From the IMG/VR virus record IMGVR_UViG_3300020451_000152, positions 1 to 64,000 of that record: a stretch of 64,000 nucleotides of DNA, one strand, 5' to 3'. Source of the DNA: a virus. Positions 54,986-63,097 of the stretch are shown piece after piece. Made by a program: the position numbers and the translations under genes. Position 1 is the stretch's first letter. Every line of letters begins with the position of its first letter. The notes below the pieces were generated by a model. The model worked only from the letters and a program-made list of their open reading frames with translations, ran no database searches and had not been told where the DNA came from.

Positions 54986-55162
54986 TTAGTTAGAAACAGG
55001 GGGAACAGTTGTTAAACATTTAATTACTTCAATCTCAGTACCACCAAGATTAGTTTGAATTAAATTCTTTGCAGCATTTGGTGTGCTTGCAGTAACTTCT
55101 TCAGTAAAATGTTTTCTACCATTTGGAAGTTTACGATAGGTTACTTGTTGAACATAAGACAT
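54986..55162 (-). CDS. Small hypothetical protein (58 aa), probable paralog of its neighbour
   Basis: Manual ORF MSYVQQVTYR...EEVTASTPNAAKNLIQTNLGG; AAGGAG SD. Confidence 0.6.
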   Translation of the reverse strand: MSYVQQVTYRKLPNGRKHFTEEVTASTPNAAKNLIQTNLGGTEIEVIKCLTTVPPVSN

Positions 55163-55188
55163 AGTTAGATTCTCCTTTAATGTAATAT

Positions 55189-56361
55189 TTATCGGGTTAC
55201 AGTTGATATTGCTGGTAACCCTTGATTGAAAATAGTATCAACAACTGCTTCAACTTTTCTTGCAGTGCTAATACCAACTTTTGAATAAACTGGTACACAT
55301 ACCATACCATAGACCTTATCAGCATTGCCTGTACGGATAACTCTACCTATTGTTTGACTGATACCTATGTAATCCATAGATCTCATAAACAACACTGCTT
55401 CAAGTCCATTGACATTGATACCTTCTGATAGTATGCTATGATGCAATACAACAAACTTTGTATTGTCAGCACCCCATGTATTCAATGTTTTAAAGAATAC
55501 ATCACGAGATACTTTCTTACCATTGATGACTGCACCAGTTTTGGATGTAATATACATCCAAGAATAACCTCTATTTGATAACTCAATACAAAAATCTGAT
55601 TGAGATACTAATTGAGTAATTTGTTTTGTAGATTTAGCACATATTAGTACTTTATCTTTTTCTAAATTATCAATTGCCTCTAGCATATTGTCAGATTCTA
55701 CCTCTGCATAGATCTCATCTTTTTTCATTAGATCTCTTTTGTATACTTCAACTTTTGGTGGTAGAATGTAACCCTGCTCAACTAATTGAGGTGCTGGTAC
55801 ATTACAAATAACATCACCAAAAATATCAGTGTCATTCATACCTATTTTGAATGGACTCAAACTATGCTTAGGTGTAGCAGTAAAGAAGTATGATCTCTTA
55901 GCATATATTGAAAGATGCTCAACTGCTTCAATAAAGTTTTTTTGTACACTATTGTGTGCTTCATCAAAGTATATTGTATCAACTTCAATATCAAGTGATT
56001 CAGATACTCTATGCAATGAATGATATGTTGTGAATATCAATAGATTATTTCTGCTATTGTTATACCAGTGCTCCAATTCATCAGTTTTTGTTGTACTATT
56101 ATACTTTGTATCACCACTATGTACATGAATAACTTCTGCATCAATAAACTGTAGAAATTCTTCACATAATTGATGTGCTAATAGTATACGAGGTGCAACA
56201 ACTACTACAGTATGTGCAAACTTCTCATTTCTAGCAAATAGTCTTTTAGTATCTTCAATCATACACATTGTTTTACCACCACCTGTAGGAATGATAACCT
56301 TACCTTTAGGTGTGTTTGACATTGAGTCTAGAGCGTCAATTTGATGTGGTCTTAGTTGCAT
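55189..56361 (-). CDS. Superfamily-2 DEAH helicase (type III restriction Res-like)
   Basis: LRPHQ, PTGGGKT, FDEAH, TATP, LSEGIN, QTIGRVIR. Confidence 0.9.
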   Translation of the reverse strand: MQLRPHQIDALDSMSNTPKGKVIIPTGGGKTMCMIEDTKRLFARNEKFAHTVVVVAPRILLAHQLCEEFLQFIDAEVIHVHSGDTKYNSTTKTDELEHWYNNSRNNLLIFTTYHSLHRVSESLDIEVDTIYFDEAHNSVQKNFIEAVEHLSIYAKRSYFFTATPKHSLSPFKIGMNDTDIFGDVICNVPAPQLVEQGYILPPKVEVYKRDLMKKDEIYAEVESDNMLEAIDNLEKDKVLICAKSTKQITQLVSQSDFCIELSNRGYSWMYITSKTGAVINGKKVSRDVFFKTLNTWGADNTKFVVLHHSILSEGINVNGLEAVLFMRSMDYIGISQTIGRVIRTGNADKVYGMVCVPVYSKVGISTARKVEAVVDTIFNQGLPAISTVTR

Positions 56362-56381
56362 AATGAATTTCAATTACCTTA

Positions 56382-56438
56382 ATTATAGCATAAAAAAAGA
56401 CCCCCGAAGGGGTCTTGTGACAGTTATTTGATTGCCAC
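56382..56438 (-). promoter_or_regulatory. Palindromic-motif early promoter, copy 6 (terminator in spacer)
   Basis: GTGGCAA-N8-CTGTCAC then TATAAT. Confidence 0.7.
56392..56416 (-). terminator. Rho-independent terminator with cUUCGg tetraloop
   Basis: AAGACCCC-TTCG-GGGGTCTT followed by T tract. Confidence 0.9.
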
Positions 56439-56723
56439 TCTCTCTGGAACTTTAACATCTAGATTTTGTAGGAAATTAACTACAAATGCTTCCAGATAGA
56501 TCAAAGGGAGTATAACAAAATCAATACCTCTAAGTTTTGTGAATTTAGAGTAATCAACTGTTTTAACTTCTTCATTGACATTTAGTGTCAATGTTTCTGC
56601 TTTAACTTCTTCAGTCACAATTGGTTTAGCAACTGGAGTATTTAGAGTTTTAGTAACAGTTGTTTTACGAGTGCGTCTTTTGCGAGGAGTTGTAACTTTC
56701 TTCGCTGTAGATGCAGTTGGCAT
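56424..56723 (-). CDS. Hypothetical protein with basic N-terminus and hydrophobic C-terminal segment
   Basis: ORF track 56424..56738; start MPTAS at 56723. Confidence 0.7.
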   Translation of the reverse strand: MPTASTAKKVTTPRKRRTRKTTVTKTLNTPVAKPIVTEEVKAETLTLNVNEEVKTVDYSKFTKLRGIDFVILPLIYLEAFVVNFLQNLDVKVPERVAIK

Positions 56724-56745
56724 AGAATAATAATGCAATGGATGG

Positions 56746-57101
56746 GCGAAACATTAAGGGTAATGTAATTTTAATTCAACATCATGTCTCTACTTCTTGT
56801 TTGAGAGGAGTGGGGCAATGATCTGGGTTTCACCCAGTTGCCCAAATTTACCTACTGGGAATCGCTTACACCTGTACCCCCAAACTTAATCGGGGCAGTA
56901 GAACCACATATCCAAATGGGACTTACAACTTCAAAACTGTCTTTTCAGATGTCCGAGGACATCAGCAGTACTAGAGGTCTCCAAACATAAAGAGCAGTTA
57001 TCCACAGCGTGATCAAAGATCATCTGAATTGTTGCTCACCCCTGCCTAGCGTTTGCCCATTCTCAAAACTGTTAGAGTAGTTGAACCCTTAACTGTTTCG
57101 C
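56746..57101 (-). ncRNA. Candidate ~356-nt multi-domain structured RNA
   Basis: Starts ~7 nt after TATAAT; the two ends form a 16-bp helix; many internal helices; no minus-strand ORF in the track. Confidence 0.75.
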
Positions 57102-57107
57102 TCTTCT

Positions 57108-57165
57108 ATTATAACGCATCTAGGTCACTGTGCAATCGTCGTTGTGACACTTTATCAACTGGTTC
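57108..57165 (-). promoter_or_regulatory. Palindromic-motif early promoter, copy 7 (drives the structured RNA)
   Basis: GAACCAG-N8-GTGTCAC then TATAAT. Confidence 0.7.
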
Positions 57166-57285
57166 TTCAATGAATGTTCTTTCTTTACCATCTTCAGTGA
57201 GAATAACCCTAGATCTTTCTGTACTACCTGCCTCCCTTACATATATTGTAATGCCACCATCGGGTGATTCATAAATTTTTGGCAT
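57109..57285 (-). CDS. Small hypothetical protein (58 aa)
   Basis: Manual ORF MPKIYESPDGGITIYVREAG...; TAATG coupling. Confidence 0.7.
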   Translation of the reverse strand: MPKIYESPDGGITIYVREAGSTERSRVILTEDGKERTFIEEPVDKVSQRRLHSDLDAL

Positions 57286-57497
57286 TAGTAAAACCTCGGT
57301 GCAGTTGGATAATTTCTTAATTCTAATTCAATTTCATCAAATATTCTATTGAGTGATCTTGCATAATCTCTATATGCACTACCAACATAAATTTGACCTG
57401 CTACAACTGAAAATGTAGCAATGCCCCAGAATAGATAGTAAAATTTACTTTTTACTTGTGCTCTTAGTTTTTCTTTAACTTGCATGATTGTCTCCAT
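57285..57497 (-). CDS. Small membrane protein
   Basis: One TM helix; preceded by TTTACA-N17-TATAAT. Confidence 0.7.
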   Translation of the reverse strand: METIMQVKEKLRAQVKSKFYYLFWGIATFSVVAGQIYVGSAYRDYARSLNRIFDEIELELRNYPTAPRFY

Positions 57498-57541
57498 CCC
57501 CGATATTATACCATTTTATGAGATGGATGTAAACCCTATCG

Positions 57542-58258
57542 TTATTTGTTGTAATTAATATTGTAGATATGGAACATCATACCATGATAACCAGAATTAT
57601 ACTTTTTACCACTACCTTTCATTTGTAGATGAAATAGTTTTCTACCATCCTCTAATCTAAACTCTAGTGTAGTATTATTTAATGTCCATCTACCCTTCTC
57701 AACTTGTTTCTCCATCATATTTACTGCTACCATCCTGAGTAAATCAGATCCTTTAGTATGCCATATAATAGTATCAACTGCATCACCTTCAAATCCTCTT
57801 CTAACAATAACATCAAATATTGAACACTTGTTTTTATTCATCCATGTTACAAATGAACTGCAAACTTTCTTCTCTATATTATTTTTATACACCCTATTTT
57901 GATGTATCTCTTTTTCACTAAGATTTAAATCAGGATGTCTCTCTTGTACAATAGATTTTAATTCTGGATTAGGATAACCAAAGAACATTCTAAGGAATGA
58001 CTCACTATGTCCTTTAATCTTAAAGTGTTTGATAAACTTCTCAGTTGATAGTAATGCTACTTGAGTATGATTCTTTGATATACTCTTGATAGAATATTTT
58101 CTCTTACTAGTCTCTTCATACATATCTACCTTAGTTTGTGGTCTCCCATCAACTTTATGCTCACCACCAAATAATTGGTCGAATAGAGCAGCAAGTTTAT
58201 GTTCAAACTCATGCCCTGCTTTCTTTGCTTTTTTACCAGCAGTTATAGATGCAGTCAT
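57542..58258 (-). CDS. Putative PD-(D/E)XK endonuclease, HinP1I/MspI-like
   Basis: AKKAGHEFE, KVD, YSIK, HTQV, LQMKG motif order resembles this restriction-enzyme family; ATG 58282 overlaps the -10 box, so 58258 preferred. Confidence 0.6.
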   Translation of the reverse strand: MTASITAGKKAKKAGHEFEHKLAALFDQLFGGEHKVDGRPQTKVDMYEETSKRKYSIKSISKNHTQVALLSTEKFIKHFKIKGHSESFLRMFFGYPNPELKSIVQERHPDLNLSEKEIHQNRVYKNNIEKKVCSSFVTWMNKNKCSIFDVIVRRGFEGDAVDTIIWHTKGSDLLRMVAVNMMEKQVEKGRWTLNNTTLEFRLEDGRKLFHLQMKGSGKKYNSGYHGMMFHIYNINYNK

Positions 58259-58280
58259 TTCAGATCGTTTAGGTATCTTC

Positions 58281-58337
58281 ATTATATTCTATTAGTATTG
58301 AATAAACAATGGATGTGTGACAGTTATTTGATTGACC
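58281..58337 (-). promoter_or_regulatory. Palindromic-motif early promoter, copy 8
   Basis: AGGTCAA-N8-CTGTCAC then TATAAT. Confidence 0.65.
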
Positions 58338-59682
58338 TTATATCAAATGTTAGTTCACCATGTACCTCATTTAAATCTACATGAGGTGCTAATAATGGGA
58401 ACTTGTCAGCATAATCAGCACCCATACCATAAGACCACTCTACAAAATCTTTATAATTACCTGCAAAGTTAGGTAGGTCATGTCCAATATAATCATGTAT
58501 TTTACCATAGATAAAATCTTGAGTCAATTTAGGGTCATTTGCAATAATATTATAAAAGTCATCGGTAAAGTTTTGATCTTTATTTAATATACTGAAATTC
58601 ATAATTTCTTTAGTGTTTAATAAATTCTTAGAATCTTTAACAATATTTCTCCAGAATGGTGAATCATACTTAGAACCAAAATGATATATCCATGCCATAT
58701 TTTTATACCAGTCATCAACAACTGTTTCATAATACCAGTCATTCAAATGATTAACTAGATCTTGATCATGAGGATTCCCAGTAAGTGCATAATCACATAT
58801 TTGATTTGAAATATAATCATAATACATACCTGCCAAAGATTCTAATGGATCAATAAATCCAATAGCATTGCCATTACGAATATATCTACCACTATGATGC
58901 ACCATATACTTTGATAGTCTAGGTGTCCATTTAAATTTCTTGTATGGATAACCTAGTGCTTCAGGTATTATAGTTCTAAAATCTTTTAATGCCTCCTCCT
59001 CAGTTGTAATATTATCATTATAAGCATATCCAAATGTTCTCCTTGATTGTAATGGTATTCCAAACATCCACCCATTTTGATGAGCATATGATATAGTACA
59101 ACCCCAATCTGCTGTTTCAGGTAATCTTAATGCTAATACACTATTTACAGTTACTAATATAGAATCCAAATAATTATTATCATTCAGCAGTGATTTACCA
59201 CCAGTACAATCAATAACAAAATCAAATCTTTGTTGATATAATTCTGACTTAGATGATGATAGATATACACCATCATGAGTAAACTTAATATCTTTTATAC
59301 TCTCATCCCTTAGTGTCAAATTAGGTGTAAATTTTGGTAGGTAATCTAAAAAGAATTCACTAAAATATTTTGTATCAAAGTGCATACCCACTGAGTGTGG
59401 GTCTAACCATCTAACAAAATTGTGTTTTTTACCCCATCCAATAAACTTATTACCAAACTTAACTGTAGTATCAAAATATTTCTTAAAATGAGGTACTGCT
59501 AGTGTTGTAGTATGTGCTATTTGTGATGGTAGGTCAGGTGTAGTTGACTCACCTATACCAAATATATTGACATCGGAGTCATATATCCATGTCAATTCTG
59601 TATCAATATCTCTCTCATCAATTAACCTTAATAGACAATTGATGCCAACAACACCTGCACCTATTACTGCTATCTTTTTCAT
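58324..59682 (-). CDS. Flavin-dependent (tryptophan) halogenase family protein
   Basis: GAGVVG, GIGESTTP, VKFG (catalytic Lys position), WMFGIP, FIDPLESLAG. Confidence 0.88.
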   Translation of the reverse strand: MKKIAVIGAGVVGINCLLRLIDERDIDTELTWIYDSDVNIFGIGESTTPDLPSQIAHTTTLAVPHFKKYFDTTVKFGNKFIGWGKKHNFVRWLDPHSVGMHFDTKYFSEFFLDYLPKFTPNLTLRDESIKDIKFTHDGVYLSSSKSELYQQRFDFVIDCTGGKSLLNDNNYLDSILVTVNSVLALRLPETADWGCTISYAHQNGWMFGIPLQSRRTFGYAYNDNITTEEEALKDFRTIIPEALGYPYKKFKWTPRLSKYMVHHSGRYIRNGNAIGFIDPLESLAGMYYDYISNQICDYALTGNPHDQDLVNHLNDWYYETVVDDWYKNMAWIYHFGSKYDSPFWRNIVKDSKNLLNTKEIMNFSILNKDQNFTDDFYNIIANDPKLTQDFIYGKIHDYIGHDLPNFAGNYKDFVEWSYGMGADYADKFPLLAPHVDLNEVHGELTFDIRSIK

Positions 59683-59683
59683 A

Positions 59684-61069
59684 CTAATATGTTTTATATC
59701 CTATGGTTCCAAATTCCTCTGGTGAATAGCAATGATCTAACATATTAAAACGATCTGCATATGGAGCACCTAGTCCAGTTGCTAATTCAGAAAATAATGT
59801 ACGATCATTCATTATCACAAATGGCACAACTCTTTGTCTACCACCTATATCTTCAACATCATTATCAATGTGAATGAGTTTTTTATAATCCTCATCAGTC
59901 CATTCATCATTCAACACTTCATCTAACCAAGGTTTTCCTGGAAAAAATGCAGGATGTAAATATCTCTCTTGAGATAAGAACTTTCTTGCTTCTACTTTAA
60001 TATCTTTCCAAAATTTTGTATCAAATCTTGAACCATACATGTACATGAATGATAGGTGTGATTGATAATCCATTGCCAATAGTTCATAATATGTCTCTTC
60101 AACATGTTCTTTAATTTTCTCTATCCCCGATCCATCTTTATGAATGAAATGAGTGTACATTGCAATTGACTCACACATAACATGAACGCACTCATGATGA
60201 CATGCAGTTAGTGGCATAATATCAATCAATGACGACCCATTTCTAATATATCTACCAGTAGTGGGACAAATAACATAATTAGATACTTTAGGAACCCAAT
60301 TTCTTTTCTTAAACTTCCATGTACTCACATCATCATCAGGAAATGCTTCCTGAATATCTTTCATAATTTCTTCATCAGTTGTATCTTTACGATGTATTGA
60401 ATCATACATGTAAATCCATAACTGTTTACTCTTAAGAGGAATACCAGTCATGTGACCATATTTACCTGCATATTCAATACAATAATCCCAGTGACCTGCT
60501 TCTGGTTTTTCTAGAATGATAGCAGTATTTACTGGTCTAAGACTAGGATCACCATAAGCATTACTATCAAAGAGTGGATTTTTCTCTGTACAATCAATAA
60601 CATAATCATAATTAACACCATTGATAATTGCAGCATCAGGATTAATTAAAACAGAATCAATTTTTTCCTCTATAATCTTTACACCATCACCAAAACATTT
60701 ACCACCATCTTTTACCATTGCAGTTCTAAACATTTCAATATCAAAGAACTTTGCAGTTTGTGAATGAAATGATAATTGAAAATTCTTATCACTTTGACCC
60801 CATCCAATATATTTGTACCCATGACAATCTTTAGCATCAGCATATTTTTCCATCCACCTTTTAGTCACATTTGACAATACTTGTAGACCATCAAAAAATG
60901 CAGGATTTGTACCTGACATCATTTCAGGGTAAACTTTATCAGGATCATGTATTAATACATACTCATCATCTTTAAACATAGAGTATAAATTATATTTTGT
61001 GAGTTGTAACGATGCTAACTGTACAAAACCTGCTGCACTAGCACCCACCACTGCAATTTTTCTTGTCAT
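59684..61069 (-). CDS. Divergent halogenase-like paralog
   Basis: Same architecture (KYIGWG, YVIDCT, GIPL.S, RYIRNG, YGSRFDTKFW) but degenerate motifs. Confidence 0.75.
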   Translation of the reverse strand: MTRKIAVVGASAAGFVQLASLQLTKYNLYSMFKDDEYVLIHDPDKVYPEMMSGTNPAFFDGLQVLSNVTKRWMEKYADAKDCHGYKYIGWGQSDKNFQLSFHSQTAKFFDIEMFRTAMVKDGGKCFGDGVKIIEEKIDSVLINPDAAIINGVNYDYVIDCTEKNPLFDSNAYGDPSLRPVNTAIILEKPEAGHWDYCIEYAGKYGHMTGIPLKSKQLWIYMYDSIHRKDTTDEEIMKDIQEAFPDDDVSTWKFKKRNWVPKVSNYVICPTTGRYIRNGSSLIDIMPLTACHHECVHVMCESIAMYTHFIHKDGSGIEKIKEHVEETYYELLAMDYQSHLSFMYMYGSRFDTKFWKDIKVEARKFLSQERYLHPAFFPGKPWLDEVLNDEWTDEDYKKLIHIDNDVEDIGGRQRVVPFVIMNDRTLFSELATGLGAPYADRFNMLDHCYSPEEFGTIGYKTY

Positions 61070-61620
61070 TTTGAATAATTTATACTTGGGGTATTTAGAT
61101 AGTTGATATTTAATAGTAACCTTCTATCTGTAGTTGGTGGTGAACCAGCATGTAATACATTTGAAGGGAACATAATTAATCTACCTTGTTTAGGTGTTAC
61201 TGAGTCAAGTATATTATGGTTGTGATCAAACATAAATGTGTTACCAGTAGCATCATGTGGATAGTATATAAAACTATATGCTTTATTATTAGTATTATCT
61301 ATATGTGGAATATAATGCTCTGGTTTATCTGGAACTGGTGTCTGTAATATTGCTCTAGTTCTATAATGATATCCTTGAGGACATAATTCATCTTTAATTT
61401 TAGATAGTAACCCACATATTAAATTGTGTAGTAAATGGTCATTAACATTCTGCTCTTTATCATATACTGCATGTACAAATTGTGAATAACCTTTATTATT
61501 CTCATCCATGTATGGTTGATAACACCAATGTGTCTCAGGACTCATTATAAAATCCCTGATAACAGATTGATATGTTGGTGTTATAAAATCATCAAATACT
61601 TTAAACTTAAGAGGGGTCAT
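61066..61620 (-). CDS. 2OG-Fe(II) oxygenase
   Basis: PHID, GRLIMFPSNVLHAG, RLLLNIN; start MTPLK at 61620. Confidence 0.85.
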   Translation of the reverse strand: MTPLKFKVFDDFITPTYQSVIRDFIMSPETHWCYQPYMDENNKGYSQFVHAVYDKEQNVNDHLLHNLICGLLSKIKDELCPQGYHYRTRAILQTPVPDKPEHYIPHIDNTNNKAYSFIYYPHDATGNTFMFDHNHNILDSVTPKQGRLIMFPSNVLHAGSPPTTDRRLLLNINYLNTPSINYSK

Positions 61621-61879
61621 CCTTTTTATATAATGAATTGATAGGTATGATCTTATCGTCAAGTAAGAAATCAAAATTACGATCAGGATCTTCAAAGTTC
61701 TCTTCTACATTATCAATGAATCCTTTTAAGTCTCTAATTAATTCCCAACATGAGTCTACCTCAAGTCTCTCCTCAGGTGATAGATCATCAAATCTACCCA
61801 TACGAGCATAATAATTATATTTGGCAGTAATGTACTCCCTGACTTTAATAAAGTCTTTAAATGTTGCTACTGCTGCCAT
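61607..61879 (-). CDS. Hypothetical protein
   Basis: ORF track; overlaps both neighbours. Confidence 0.7.
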   Translation of the reverse strand: MAAVATFKDFIKVREYITAKYNYYARMGRFDDLSPEERLEVDSCWELIRDLKGFIDNVEENFEDPDRNFDFLLDDKIIPINSLYKKDDPS

Positions 61880-63033
61880 TGTTTTACTACTGTAATGTTT
61901 GCTTTTCTAAAATCGTCATCGACAAACTTTAGTGCTGTACCGTTATATGATACCACATAACCCTCTGGTTGTGAAGGTCTATTGTCAACAAATGTCTTGA
62001 TATCAGTAACCTTATTAAGTTGATTGATAATCATTTTCTTTGCTAAACGAATTGATAGATATGATGCAACGGTAAAATATATATCCATTTCATACTTAGC
62101 AATGAACGCAATACCCATACTCTTCATATGCTCATATCTTTTCTTACCCTTTTCTGATTTCTTACTAGCAATCTCCTCATCCATCTTAGTTGAGTAGAAC
62201 TTAGCAAACTGTTGAGCAACATTTCTAACACTACCTAATCCTTTACCTGATCTGATAACCTGATTAAAGAACTGTTTGAATAATGTTGCCATCACAAATT
62301 TAGACTCACCATACTCTTGAATGATATCAAGAAACTTAGATGAACGCTTGAGTGATCCTTGTGCTTTGTTGATGATAGCAGTATACTTTGCTGAATCTCT
62401 AACATCAAAGTTTGACATACCAGTATAAACAGAACTAGCAACCCATACATCTTTAGTGCTATTGTATTGTGGTGCTTTATTATATACTGCAGTAGATCCA
62501 GCGATAGTATCACCTTGATATACTGTATGGAATACTATACCTAACTCAGATGGTATAACTTGCTCACCTAATGGTGTGTTTGCCTGTATAGCATATCTTA
62601 GAGCGTTAGGTTGAAATGTAACATATTGAGTATCACCTATACTACCCCATGAACAATCACCTTGAGTGAATAATAAATCACCTTGAATAATACCTTTAAT
62701 ATTAAGTTGAGGAAGATATTTAAGACAAGTCTTTAGTTTATCTCTCAATATATTTGACTGATAGTATCGATCAATATCTGTATCATCATAACATACTTTA
62801 GGTGTAACTTTATTGAATACAGATTTAGTACCAACAAAGAATCTACCAGTAACAGGATCAGTGCCACATACAATTGCTGGTGCACCATCCCATTTAGTAC
62901 TGATAGTTAGAGTGCTCTTTCTACCTGATAAAACATAACCAAATTGTCTTAGTAAATCTACAACCTCAATACCACCAGCAGTGCCAGTGTTAAGAATATT
63001 ATCTTCGAGGTGCTCTAGGTGTGTGTTTTTCAT
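61867..63033 (-). CDS. Conserved marine-phage protein (DUF6267-like)
   Basis: MKNTHLEHLED, KWDGAPA, FFVGTKSVFNK, QGDLLF, PEGYV; start 63033 is 6 nt after TATAAT. Confidence 0.8.
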   Translation of the reverse strand: MKNTHLEHLEDNILNTGTAGGIEVVDLLRQFGYVLSGRKSTLTISTKWDGAPAIVCGTDPVTGRFFVGTKSVFNKVTPKVCYDDTDIDRYYQSNILRDKLKTCLKYLPQLNIKGIIQGDLLFTQGDCSWGSIGDTQYVTFQPNALRYAIQANTPLGEQVIPSELGIVFHTVYQGDTIAGSTAVYNKAPQYNSTKDVWVASSVYTGMSNFDVRDSAKYTAIINKAQGSLKRSSKFLDIIQEYGESKFVMATLFKQFFNQVIRSGKGLGSVRNVAQQFAKFYSTKMDEEIASKKSEKGKKRYEHMKSMGIAFIAKYEMDIYFTVASYLSIRLAKKMIINQLNKVTDIKTFVDNRPSQPEGYVVSYNGTALKFVDDDFRKANITVVKQWQQ

Positions 63034-63039
63034 ACCCTT

Positions 63040-63097
63040 ATTATAGTGCATGACAGGGTTTTTGGGGGGTTTTGTGGACAGTTTGTAATGTGTCACC
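63040..63097 (-). promoter_or_regulatory. Palindromic-motif early promoter, copy 9
   Basis: GTGACAC-N8-CTGTCCAC then TATAAT. Confidence 0.7.

Noticed and set aside
56940-56968. Hammerhead-like CUGAUG...GAAA on the minus strand
   Set aside because: Reads CUGAUGU rather than CUGAnGA, and the GAUG is paired within the GAUGUC/GACAUC hairpin; flanking stems not found
56998-57006. Single perfect DnaA box TTATCCACA
   Set aside because: Isolated 9-mer inside the structured RNA with no AT-rich context; compatible with chance
56746-57101. tmRNA, RNase P RNA, or group I/II intron identity for the long RNA
   Set aside because: No tRNA-like acceptor/T arm or CCA end, no GAGGAAAGUCC P4 signature, no interrupted host gene or domain V seen
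63034-63096. ORF-track N-terminal extensions (also 50468-50581, 51545-51616, 58259-58282, 61621-61695)
   Set aside because: They run through promoter elements or upstream genes; downstream ATGs fit better
50094-63097. Recurrent element considered as a CRISPR array or integron attC series
   Set aside because: Copies are degenerate, separated by whole genes, tied to -10 boxes, and lack attC GTTRRRY ends; no cas or integrase gene in the window
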